A stretch of 63,905 bases of DNA, the filler included, from Nemertoderma westbladi (lineage: Eukaryota; Animalia; Xenacoelomorpha): the NCBI GenBank assembly GCA_032718475.1. It is 3 parts of 3 records of this genome, joined end to end, with 100 filler letters (N's around TTAATTAATTAA, not from the genome) between each part and the next. Parts side by side here need not be neighbours in the genome. Positions count along the whole stretch, not along the records: positions 1 to 22,078 come from JAUCBJ010005245.1; 2 more parts are not named here. One strand, given 5' to 3'. Position 1 is the stretch's first letter, and the number at the start of each line of letters is the position of its first letter. The notes beneath the pieces are model-generated. The model did no database searches. It had not been told where the DNA came from and saw only the letters and a list, made by a program, of their open reading frames with translations. Positions 1 through 13,100 of this stretch are shown one piece after another. The translations under genes were made by a program, and so were the position numbers.

Positions 1-1931
1 GTGGCGTGGTGGGACCCAGTAAGGGGCCCGGAAATCCCAAAATAAGGGCCCATTCATAAATGCCAGATCACCTCGAATTTTGACCAACCCCCCCCCCCCC
101 CCCCTGATGCACAAGATATTTTCTAGAACAAGGCTTAAACTATAAAGTTATATTTTGTCATATTGTCATATTTTTGTCTATTTTGTTATAGTTGTTGGCT
201 GTTGCAAAGGCTTGAAAATGTAGAGCTTCCTTCGCAAAGGTTTTCAATTATAACAGATAGTTCAAATTTACTTTTGAACCGAGAAAACGTTTATAGGCAA
301 TAAAACAAAAATAACCAAAAGGCAATACAACATTTAACAAAGATAAACGGGACAATAGGATAACTAGAATTCAAACTTTTTTTACTGGAACAAAAAATCA
401 CCATTATCAAAACATTCACCAATATCAAAAATCACTGAAAACAATATTACTATTTTATATTTTTTTGTTATTTTCCAAAAGATACTAGCTCGTAAAAAAA
501 CACTAGCTACCATTAAAAAAATATCTACTAAAGTTCTAGAACATTCAAAAATGAAAAAAATAATAAAAAAAAAACAATTTTCAAAAATGGTCACACAAGC
601 TACACCATGTCCTGGAATATAGTGTCGTTATTGATAAGCTGTGATTCAGTGGGAAATTAGTAATATTTACACTGGCGTGTTACACATTAATTGCTATATC
701 TCGGAAACTAGAAGTCGATTACTAGAAGTCCTTTTTAAATATATCGAACTAGAAGTCCTTTTTAAATATATCAAAAACTTCACGATATTTAAGGTAACCG
801 TTGTAAAAAAATTATACAATTCCACTGCAAGGAAATTTCATAATTTCCATTAATGTTAGTGAAGATTTTTCACATAATTAAATTGTGATTGTTCTATTAA
901 TTTTAGGTGTAATTTATTTATTTGTCTAAGTTTGAAACAATAGTTTGTCATATAACGAATACATTTTTAGGTTTTAAGGGTTTTTGAGGTCGATAAATCC
1001 GATGGGCGAGGTTACATCCATCCGTTTAATAGAGAAGTTGTGTAAATAAGGTCCTTATATTGTACCAGCAAAATTGGTATTAAAAATGGTTAAATTATTA
1101 CACAAATTTCCGTTGCTCTGGAAACTAAATTGGTAACTATATAGAAGTGCATACTTCTGTCAATCGATAGTCATTAGAGTAAAGTTTGTCTGAACCAAAT
1201 TTGGAGAAAATCCCACCAATTGTTGCTATGTAAAGTCCATGTTGCTAAGGAAAGAAACAGCAAATTGAAGGTGATCCGCATAATATATTTTTATAGACTT
1301 TTTTGGGGGTATTAACAAGGTAATGTAGAATAAAAAACAATTGGTTTGGGTGAATTATTGCGAATTTGTTTTGGGTTGACCCCCTTTTTCGTCTAGATTG
1401 ACTCGCTTATATAGCGACTTGTTGATATTGACGGACAGCGGGCCATGCAAGGATTTCAAATATATGTACCACAATCTGAATTTCGTCGTAAAATAGCTGA
1501 GATATGAGCGTTCAAATGTTGCATGATTTAGCATCTGCGCGAGGCAATTATATTCTATTTAATTAATAATCCATATTCTAGAACACTTTGTTTATGTACG
1601 AATAGCTACTCAGTATGATTACAGAGTTATTGCATTGTTGCCTAGCTACGTATGGGATAAACAGAATAACTGCGGTGTAACTGGCGACAATACCGACGGA
1701 GACACCTTTTTCAAACGCTTGTAGCTAAAGAATGAAAGCGAAAATAAAAATTCTGGCTCACCCAGCAAGGAGGAGGGAGGTGAAACTATCTCTGTTTCAA
1801 ATTTCAAGCAATCTCATTAAGATTTGTAGAAAAATTTTGGGGGGTGTCATCAGTAAATGACACTATATTATTAGGGTCATGGTGTATCTCTTACGCATTA
1901 ATCCTTCATCCCTAAAGTCACAGCTGATTGA

Positions 1932-2720
<789 letters not shown>

Positions 2721-2754
2721 AAGACACTGGAAATGGGTTGGGACACACCATCTA

Positions 2755-3052
2755 CCCCCCCCCCCCCCCCCCCCCCCTCCTCACCAACTATCCCTCCCGT
2801 CCCCACCCTACCCACTCTCTACCCCACCCCCCCCTCACCAACTATCCCTCCCCATCCTACCCACTCTCTACCCCACCCCCCCCACCCCTCCTCACCAACT
2901 ATATACCCTCCCCTCCCCACCCTACCCACTCTACCCCACCCCCTCCCCCTCCTCACCAACTATCCCTCCCCTCCCCACCCTACCCACTCTCTACCCCACA
3001 CCCCCCCCCCCCCCCCCTCCTCACCAACTATCTACCCTTCCCTCCCCACCCT
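2755..3052. repeat. C-rich degenerate tandem repeat
   Basis: Recurring cctcctcaccaactatccctccc...cctacccactct units with poly-C runs. Confidence 0.85.
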
Positions 3053-4422
3053 CTGCACTGCAACACTTCTGATATTTACTACAAATCCTATAGAACAGCT
3101 GTCTTCCCAATGTAATAGTGTATGTAAAGCATTCAGTAGTTTCCCAACAACCCAGTGGAACCAAGTCAAGGCTTACATTGTAAGAATTAATCAATAAAAT
3201 CTAATTGAAATCTAGTTGAGCTGAATTGAATTCATTCTAAAATTGCTAAGTACTATTACTTAACATCATGACATTTCACAAGTTTGATCTTATATCCTGA
3301 CACTTCCATCATATTGTTTCTTACCTAATACTATACTTAAATTCGTATTACATTACACCGATCTACTCGAATAATAATAAATAGTGCGTTAAAGTTTAAA
3401 TATATTTTCCATTTGGGGGGTGTTTTTTTCGAGATGGGCTTTAAATCCCTAATCTTATGGTCAAAGGGGGGACGTTGATGTATTTCAATTTTGAATTAAA
3501 TTTTCTTAAAGTTTTCAGTATGTGGGAGTCTGTGGATTAAAAGGGTTTTGGACAACTTTATTTCACACCGCTGAAATATTAGTTAGATAAAATGATATCA
3601 AAATAATCTGTTGTTGATCGCTGGATTAATATTTAAGTTTACTGAAATATTAATTCGACAATGAATACATATCTGCAACTTACCGGACAATATTCGTGGT
3701 AATCCCGTTTTCTCTGGATCTGTATCCCGTTTAAAACCTACAGTCCACGGAGTCCTAAACTCGACCTCCAGTATGCCGGTAACTGAGTATTGACGAGTAA
3801 CATAAAAGTAAGTTTTCTCTATTGTGTGTGATCGTTTTACTGAACTCTGAACTCTAATAAGTAATAAGGATATCTCGTATCATGAATTTGTGATTGTTTG
3901 TGCAGTAAATCAGATTCAAATACGCTTGATTTTAATATTCGTGGTGTTATTTTGGTGCACAAAAATGAAATCGGATACAAAATCATTTGGTTAGTTTATT
4001 TGTTGACTGCGATTATCTCAATTAGCGCGTAATTATGAATTAATTAACACTAATTATAGTGTCAGATACATTTTTTGCTCAAACAATAAATTATATTTAA
4101 AGCACAACATCGTCGTATAGCTAAACTCCTCTCTATGTCAAAACACGAACTTGTTTACAACAACAATAAGGTCTCCATAAAATGTAATTCCTTGAATACG
4201 CTGAGAAAATTTGGCGTGAGAGTGGGAGTTTTTTTACAGAATATAATTGAGTCGAACTTAACTTTGTGCACCTAATTTGGTGCTATAAATATACTATCGA
4301 ATGGTGTGCAGTTCTTTTCAATTTAGTATTGGCCGGCTTTCTAACTGATATTTTTATTGTAAATTGAAGGAAATAACCTGATTTAATATGAACTGACATT
4401 ATTTTGTGTTTTTGCTCTCTAG

Positions 4423-4593
4423 GCCAAGAATCTAATTAACTCTATGCTGACTGTGAACCCTGCGAAACGAATCCAGGCGTCTGACGCCTTGAAACACCCC
4501 TGGATCTGTCAAAGGGACCGGGTCGCCTCGGCAGTCCACAGACAGGAGACCGTAGACTGTCTGAGGAAATTCAACGCGAGACGGAAACTCAAG
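4423..4593 (+). CDS. CAMK2: CaMKII exon: end of kinase domain plus autoinhibitory segment (AKNLINSML...[19 protein letters not shown])
   Basis: Acceptor ctctctag, donor gttatt; 171 nt, phase 0-0. Contains the RQET autophosphorylation site (T286/287 equivalent). Confidence 0.96.
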
Positions 4594-5239
4594 GTTATTT
4601 AGTAACTTGTCTTCAAATTATTCATACTGTTAATAACATGTGGCACTGTCTGGATTTGTAACGTAATCCCGCTGTCATGCGGGATCAATCCCGAACCTAA
4701 TCTCGGAGCCAAAATGAGAGTGAATTCTAATGCGACCATAGGGGACATGGGCGGGGGGGGGGGGGGGAACTGGACGTAAATCCCATTAAAAATATATATC
4801 TCAATATTAAATTACCAATTTATGGAAAGGATCAGGTTACAGTGCCGCGCGTTATTCTAACCAAAACAATAAACTAAAGCCAAGAGAACAGGTTTTACAG
4901 TTTTATTTTTTGAGAGTAATCAGCTGTTATTTATGGCGATTTTCCCTGGGGAGGGATGAATTTTGTTTGTCCATAGGTAGTCATGGCAGCCAAAGCTACC
5001 CATAGGCAGGGTGGTGCAGATAGGGGGATGGGGGGGGGGACCCTGTCTCTTAAAATGGTTATGAATGTAAAAGCCGCATTGGCGAAAAGCTAAAGAATCA
5101 CCTAGCAAATTAGAAATCACAATATTAAACTCTCTACAATTATATGAAAATGTACTTTCAATTGTGACCCCCCCCCCCATCCACACCCATTTTATAATTA
5201 AAAAAATGCTAATATTGCTTCTAACTGATTTTATTCTAG

Positions 5240-5282
5240 GGAGCAATTCTCACTACAATGTTAGCGACGCGAAATTTCTCTG
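5240..5282 (+). CDS. CAMK2: CaMKII calmodulin-binding exon (GAILTTMLATRNFS-G)
   Basis: Acceptor ttctag, donor gtaagt; 43 nt; contains the TT305/306 equivalent. Confidence 0.96.
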
Positions 5283-6814
5283 GTAAGTTGGACGATAAAT
5301 CTACGTTATTGTCTGATTGCTAGTTAAATAATAACACATTGTAGATTTTGACCTACAATAACTCACACATTATAATTAGCTCCCACTCGGTTAAGGGGGA
5401 GATGGGGAGGTGCAAAATTCCCAAATTGTCATGGATCATTTGTTATCGTATTTACCTGGACCATTAAACAGTCCTCGTGGGAATACTATAAGTTCTGTTG
5501 GCCCAAACTCACAAAAAGTGGCCAAAAACGTTTCCCACACGATTCGACTTAATTTTAGAATGAAATTTTTTTTGGAACCTAGTAAAGTTATATATATTTT
5601 TGAAGATAATTTTATGGTCCAACAGATGCACAAAAAATCATACTGCCACTCCGACTTTGAAAGATTTTACAGACCTTTTAGTACTAAAAAATGCAGGTTT
5701 TTCAATTGTCCAAAAAAGTTCATTGCATTGTGGGGGATGTATTTTGACATCTACTGGGTGTATTTCAACAAGTTATAGCTCATTTTAAAGCTAAATAATA
5801 GAGGAATGCAATTGAATAACTCCCAAATTGTTTTATTGATATCATATTTAAATAAAACAATAGATAATATACCCCTATTTTTGACAATTACTTGTCCCAA
5901 ACGGTAACAACTGAATTCACCAATAGGTTTTTATTTGGATTCTATAAACTAAATTCTTATTTGAAAGGAAAATCTTCAAGAAGTGGAATGTTCCAGATTT
6001 TACGAAAAAATACTAAACACAACCAGAGATATGGCTGGTTTTATACGTGCGAGTCGATTATGTCAATTAGGATTGTCCCATGTGTAACACCAAGTGCACT
6101 GCTTTACCATGCTCTAGAATCAGTTCTAACAAACTTGATATTAAGATTCAAATATCAGAAGATAGCCAAGTTCTTGGTCTTTTGCGTGAGTAATCATTTG
6201 TGGCAACAATTGACTATGGAATAGACTTTAGTTGCTTTTACATTTATCAGCATGAGCTTTGTCCCACCTGTAACAAAAGCCTGTAACACAAAAAATCGTT
6301 ACAAGGCGGGACGTCCCACATGTAACATGTAAATCGAATAATTTTGGGCTACAGAATGGGACATGTCTCACCTGTAACACTTTAGTAGTGCAGACTTTAT
6401 AATATTGATAAGACTGTAGGTCATGCACACAGAACAGCACTATTAACTGTGAATTGGTACTTACTTACCTACCTACAGTTGTACCGGTAACAGTAACAGT
6501 GCTGCCTCTTTATTGCGTTTGATTCGAAGTTATTGGATCTACAGATCTGCGCAGTGCATAGAGTTTACTATTGACTACTAAACAAACTAATCCTAACCAG
6601 AACCAGTTATAAGACACTGATACAGACACTATGTGACTACGGTATAGAATAGAGACCACATTTCATTACTTATTAGACATCAGCTTGCCGTTCCTGTATC
6701 AAGATACTGATAGTAAATAAAAATAGGACTAATAATACTGATCTGTCTTATGGAATGCGGTCCATCTTAGATCTATCTTCTGCGATTGGGAGAGGGAGAT
6801 TGGGAGCTCCGTGA

Positions 6815-7300
6815 GGGGAGCAGTTAGAGGTGGGAGGGAAAAATAGAGGTGCAAGGGGAGCAGTTGGAGGTTTGAGGGGAAAAGGTAGAGGTGCAAGGGG
6901 AGCAGTTGGAGGTGTGAGGGGAAAAGGTAGAGGTGCAAGGGGAGCAGTTGGAGGTGCGAGGGGAAAAGGTAGAGGTGCAAGGGGAGCAGTTGGAGGTGTG
7001 AGGGGAAAAGGTAGAGGTGCAAGAGGAGCAGTTGGAGGTGTGAGGGGAAAAGGTAGATGTGGAAGGGGAGCAGTTGGAGGTGCGAGGGGAAAAGGTAGAG
7101 GTGCAAGGGGAGCAGTTGGAGGTGTGAGGGGAAAAGGTAGAGGTGGAAGTGGAGCAGTTGGAGGTGCGAGGGGAAAAGGTAGAGGTGCAAGGGGAGCAGT
7201 TGGAGGTGTGAGGGGAAAAGGTAGAGGTGCAAGTGGAGCAGTTGGAGGTGCGAGGGGAAAAGGTAGATGTGGAAGGGGAGCAGTTGGAGGAGCGAGAGGA
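6815..7300. repeat. 42-bp G-rich minisatellite A (~11 copies)
   Basis: Unit ggggagcagttggaggtgtgaggggaaaaggtagaggtgcaa. Confidence 0.93.
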
Positions 7301-7342
7301 GTAGTTAGTGCGAGAGCATTGGGTAGAGGTGCGAGTGGATAA

Positions 7343-7812
7343 TGGGAGGATCTGTGGAGGGTGTGGGAGACAGGGTGAAAGGTACAGGAGGATCTGTGGA
7401 GGGTGTTGGAGACGGAGTGGGAAGTACAGGATGATCTGTGGAGGGTGTGGGAGACGGAGTGGGAAGTACAGGATGATCTGTGGAGGGTGTGGGAGACGGA
7501 GTGGGAAGTACAGGAGGATCTGTGGAGGGTGTGGGAGACGGAGTGGGAGGTACAGGACAGGTGGATCTTTTGAGGGTGTGTGAGACTGAGTGGGAGCTAT
7601 GGGAGGATCTGTGGAGGGTGTGGGAGACGGAATGGGAAGTACAGGAGGATCTGTGGAGGGTGTGGGAGACAGGGTGAGAAGTACAGGAGGATCTGTGGAG
7701 GGTGTGGGAGACGGAGTGGGAAGTACAGGAGGATCTGTGGAGGGTGTGGGAGACAGGGTGAGAAGTACAGGAGGATCTGATGAGGGTGGGGAAGATGGAG
7801 TGGAAGGTACAG
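7343..7812. repeat. 42-bp G-rich minisatellite B (~11 copies)
   Basis: Unit ggaggatctgtggagggtgtgggagacggagtgggaagtaca. Confidence 0.93.
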
Positions 7813-8282
7813 TCGGGGCTATTGGGAAATTACCACCATTGAATTCAGCGCATCGAGAGCTTTCTGGTGATATATAATATTACATACTTTGGGAAACTTT
7901 TTTTTTTTACAAAAAAAAAATAATTTTTTTGGCCACTTTTTGTGAGTTTGGGCCTGTTGTCCTGGCTCCATACATAGTATTAACTCCATGCAATAGCTAT
8001 TACTATAACCTTTTAAATTCTAATTTTTCTTTCTAATACTTTCTTAAATCGTTTTTGTACAAAAGTTGTTGCTCTAGATATTAATTTTGGACAAAGTTTC
8101 AATTTTCCACCGCTTAAATTATTTATCCATTGTTATGGAAATGAGTTGGTTAATCACTCGATTTGTTTTCCAAATTTAACACACAACGACTATATAACGG
8201 ACTTGTATGACATCAAGAATTGGACACCCTTGTGGTTAATAATTTATACCTGGCTGGTATTCAGTGATGCTGTTCATAATGA

Positions 8283-8680
8283 ACTGAAAGTAAACCTTAT
8301 ACTACCGGTAACCAGATAGCAATTCACGAAAGTCTGACGTCCATATATATCGGGCATTATATACTGAAAGTAAACCTTATACTACCGGTAACCAGATAGC
8401 AATTCAAGAAAGTCTGACGTCCATATATATCGGGCATTATATACTGAAAGTAAACCTTATACTACCGGTAACCAGATAGCAATTCAAGAAAGTCTGACGT
8501 CCATATATATCGGGCATTATATACTGAAAGTAAACCTTATACTACCGGTAACCAGATAGCAATTCAAGAAAGTCTGACGTCCATATATATCGGGCATTAT
8601 ATACTGAAAGTAAACCTTATACTACCGGTAACCAGATAGCAATTCACGAAAGTCTGACGTCCATATATATCGGGCATTAT
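8283..8680. repeat. 80-bp tandem repeat, 5 near-identical copies
   Basis: Unit actgaaagtaaaccttatactaccggtaaccagatagc...cgggcattatat. Confidence 0.95.
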
Positions 8681-9240
8681 TCGGTAAATTTAAAACTAAT
8701 TTCTTCGATATGTTTTAAAACGAAACTTTTATATTTAATTATGGTATTTGCAGTTTGCCTTTGCACACCACACCTTACATTAAAGTTAGCATATAAACAA
8801 ACCCCTACAAAAGTTGCATAATTAATCTCTAATGTTGATTATGACTTTTTTGTCATTCGATTCTCTCCGGTAAATCATCTTGGTCTTGGTATCTTTGTTG
8901 TTCAATCAAATAATGAGGTATTTATCGGTTACACGTCCTGCATTTACTATCAATGTTATAGATGATATATCGTTTATTCTCGCATTGTTGTCTCCCCATA
9001 AACCCACAATGGGTTGAATTCTAATGTAGCAAGTTTAGGTGTCTCAGGAACAGACAGCTTCTCCGGATTTATATAACTTTATTTGACAATAATAATGCTT
9101 TTTAAACTTACTTGACTAAGTAAACGAAGAGACTTGAATTAAACTATATGTAAATCATTTTTCGGCAATATAATTGGGTCTTACGGAAATTGAAAGTGTG
9201 AGTCGCGTGAGTTTCATCTCTCCACAGCATTGACGCATTA

Positions 9241-9246
9241 TTTATT
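9241..9246 (-). promoter_or_regulatory. Candidate polyadenylation signal AATAAA of the gB-like gene
   Basis: tttatt on +, about 135 nt past the stop codon. The AT-rich context lowers its significance. Confidence 0.4.
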
Positions 9247-9381
9247 TGTTACGTTACGTAAAGTATTTTACACAGAAATGCGATAATTAGAAGTAGTTAG
9301 CTTGTTCAGTACTGTACTTGCTTGTTGCCAGTGTAAATCTCATTAAATCATCCTAGCAGTTTCGTATGGGACCTGTGGGAT

Positions 9382-10121
9382 TTATCTTCCGTCTTCTACC
9401 TCCCTTGGAGGTTTCCCGCCTAGGTTGGCCAGCGTGCTGACAACCGTTACTGACTCTACGACAGCCAGCTCGTTATCCTCGTCCGGCAACACGTCTTCCG
9501 TTGAACCACGTCCTTCTACTTCCTGTTTACTCGGTTTCGCGACGTGACTTTTCTTTCCGGTTGTACTCTTCGTAGATGACCGCAAGGACTCCGTATTGGA
9601 CGAGACTAACTCCACTGTCGTTTCTCTTGTTCCCTCCAGATTCTTCTTTCTTGTTTCCGAGTGTTTTCCATCGCCGGTCTCACCCGGGCCCGGCAAGTCG
9701 CCACGCGATAATTCGATTTCCGCGCCGTCGATCCGCTTCTTCCTTTTTACGGTTTCTTTAAAAACTCGCGTAATTCCTACGAAACTCTTATGTATATTGT
9801 TAAATTTGTTTTTACTTCTCAAATCGATTTCGGTATAACCGGTAACGAACCCAATCCAGTGTATGAGATCTACCACTGCGACGACAAAGAAACTCAGCCC
9901 TCCAAACATCGCTAGAAATGTCAACCATTTCAAGACAAGATTCACATTCTCGGTTGTATGGACTCTAGTCACTATCTCTATAACCTCGCAGTCTTTTATC
10001 TCAGTGATGTTGGTTTTCGATTCCATTATTTTCATATGGAGGGAATGTAACGCCATGAGCTGTTTCCTCCGAACAACCATCATGTGATTGAGAAATGATA
10101 TCAGATCGTCACCGTAATCTC
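9382..10121 (-). CDS. gB-like gene exon 6: membrane-proximal region, TM helix (WLTFLAMFGGLSFFVVAVVDLIHWIGFV) and charged S/T-rich cytoplasmic tail
   Basis: Acceptor aattgcag (phase 1); lies within ORF 9382..10137; TAA stop at 9384-9382. Confidence 0.8.
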
Positions 10122-13100
10122 CTGCAATTTGTAGCATTTGAAAGAAATTTGAAAAAGAGTGGTGGGCCTCTAAAAAAATCTTATATTAACCCAGGTGTAG
10201 AGGTAGCTGGTTACCCAGTTGTAGAGGTAACTGGTAACCCAGTTGTAACCCTCACACTCGTAACCCAGGTGTAGAGGTAACTGGTTGTTACCTCAGTTAA
10301 CCACAGCTGTAACCCTCACGTAACTCAGTTGTATAGGTAACTGGTAACCCAGTTGTAACCCTCGCGTAACCAGTTGTAGAGGTTACTGGTAACCCAGCTG
10401 TAACCCTCACGTAACCCAGTTGTAACCCAGGTGTAGAGGTAGATGGTTACCCAGTTGTAACCCACTCGTAACCCAAGTGTAGAGGTAGCTGGTTACCCAG
10501 TTGTAACCCACTCGTAACCCACGTGTAGAGGTAGCTGGTTACCCAGTTGTAACCCACTCGTAACCCAGGTGTAGAGGTAGCTGGTTACCCAGTTGTAGAG
10601 GTAACTGGTATCCCAGTTGTAACCCAGGTGTAGAGGTAACTGGTGACCCAGTTGTAACCCTTACATAACCAAGTTGTAGAGGTAACTGATAACCCAGTTG
10701 TAACCCACTCGTAACCCAGGTGTAGAGGTAGATGGTTACCCAGTTGTAACCCACTCGTAACCCAAGTGTAGAGGTAGCTGGTTACCCAGTTGTAACCCAC
10801 TCGTAACCCACGTGTAGAGGTAGCTGGTTACCCAGTTGTAACCCACTCGTAACCCAGGTGTAGAGGTAGCTGGTTACCCAGTTGTACAGGTAACTGGTAA
10901 CCCAGTTGTAACCCACTCGTAACCCAAGTGTAGAGGTAGCTGGTTACCCAGTTGTAACCCACTCGTAACCCAGTTGTAACCCACTCGTAACCCAGGTGTA
11001 GAGGTAGCTGGTTACCCAGTTGTAGAGGTAACTGGTAACCCAGTTGTAACCCACTCGTAACCCAGGTGTAGAGTTAGCTGGTTACCCAGTTGTAACCCAC
11101 TCGTAACCCAGGTGTAGAGGTAGATAGTTACCCAGTTGTAACCCACTCGTAACCCAAGTGTAGAGGTAGCTGGTTACCCAGTTGTAACCCACTCGTAACC
11201 CACGTGTAGAGGTAGATGGTTACCCAGTTGTAACCCACTCGTAACCCAAGTGTAGAGGTAGCTGGTTACCCAGTTGTAACCCGGAAAACCAGTTGTAACC
11301 CACTCGTAACCCAAGTGTAGAGGTAGCTGGTTACCCAGTTGTAACCCACTCGTAACCCAGTTGTAACCCAGGTGTAGAGGTAGCTGGTTACCCAGTTGTA
11401 GAGGTAACTGGTAACCCAGTTGTAACCCACTCGTAACCCAGGTGTAGAGGTACCTGGTTACCCAGTTGTAACCCACTCGTAACCCAGTTGTAACCCACTC
11501 GTAACCCAGTTGTAACCCACTCGTAACCCAGTTGTAACCAACTCGTAACCCAGGTGTAGAGGTAGCTGGTTACCCAGTTGTAACCCACTCGTAACCCAGT
11601 TGTAACCCACTCGTAACCCAGTTGTAACCCACTCGTATCACCTTCCCGTTTTCATTGCGTTACCTGATTCTAACCCCAGCGGTACGCTCCAACGTTTGTG
11701 CGTAATCGCGTCTATGGGATCCCGATCGCCAGGGTTACCCAAGTAAACTGGCCAGTCCCCTTCCGTAGGCCCTTCCGTAACGTCCACCATGGAATAGTTG
11801 CGGAATACGTAGTTCTTTCCTTCTATTCTGAAGGCCATCAACGAATTATCATCACATTTCTGTGTGGAAAAAATTCAAATGACTAATTAATTGTTAAAGT
11901 TTTATTACATGTTGCTGTTTGTTTTGAAAAATATTCATAACATAAGCGGATTGAGTTGTCTGAAATAACAAAAAATAATATGATCCCAAGGACCTATATC
12001 TATGAGAACTTATAGATCTCCTCTATTGTACTAAGTCGTGTAGCTAGGATGGTAGATAGATAATATTAGCAGAATATCAGGGGGTTTTAGCAGCGCTTAA
12101 CTACAAGTAATATTCTAGAATGGACGTTACCATGCATACCTCAAAGAATATCGGCTTTACCAGTAGATTGCCATCGGGCGCTATTTGGGCTTTCTTGCGG
12201 ACACCCATGTGTTTGTGGTCTATGAGCGGTCTGGACGCGCATCGCCCGTCGTCCATCTTCATCGACTTTATAACCTACAAGTCGGGAGTATAATCAAACA
12301 ATAATAATGTAAAACAATATATATAGCCATAGGCCACTCCGGGAACTAGAACGATAAAGTGGTTGTATAGGCCTAGTCGAGTCAATAAAACTAGCATAAA
12401 ACAAAAAATAATTCCGAAATCACGTCAAGTCATCCAGCTGTTTTGATTTTAGGTATAATTTATTAATTTGTTTCAGTCTAAAAGCAACAATAGTATAACG
12501 ATATAACGGGACATTTTTGGGGTACAAGAGTTTTTGAAGTCGACAAATCCGATAGGATTTGGGCTACCATATTTATGGCACCTGGTATATCTATCACACA
12601 TGTTTATAGGTCTATATTCAAGTCAATACGTACGGAGTGTACGTGAGAGACAGGCTAGCTATCCAATTCCCCCTTTATTCCCCCAACAGATTCAGGTTCC
12701 CATATCGCTGGTTTGGTTCACTAGTTACGAAATTGTAACTGGCTCGGCATGGGATCGAACCCGGGACCTCCCAGCTCAAAGCAAAGCAAGTGACCACATT
12801 ACAGGCGGAGTGGTCACTCAGGTTATACCTGGCCAGGTTTAGTACCATCGCCAGTGAGCCAGTGAGCCAGTGAGCTACCATATTTATGGCAGTGATGTCG
12901 CCAATCACCTGGAATTCCTTTACTGGCGCGCAAGCCAGGTAGTGTATGTGTCCGTGGAGATACATAACCGTCCAATCCAGGCCGTGGAATATCTTGAGTA
13001 CTTGCGTTGGTTGAACCTTAGCCAAAGTCGACCAAACAGTGTGTTTCAACATGTCCAAACTGCATTCAAACTCCATCAACTTTAACTCCGTTTCGTGTTC

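Larger units (their letters stand above)
5500..7954. mobile_element. Putative non-autonomous element bounded by 29-bp inverted repeats, enclosing two minisatellites
   Basis: ggcccaaactcacaaaaagtggccaaaaa at 5500-5528 and its exact reverse complement at 7926-7954. True ends and TSD not resolved. Confidence 0.5.

Noticed and set aside
6729-7877. Gly/Arg-rich and CGGC-repeat ORFs
   Set aside because: Translations of 42-bp minisatellites with no unique coding flanks or splice evidence.
10539-11588. Repetitive GYNWVT ORFs
   Set aside because: Satellite translations inside intron 5 of the gB-like gene.
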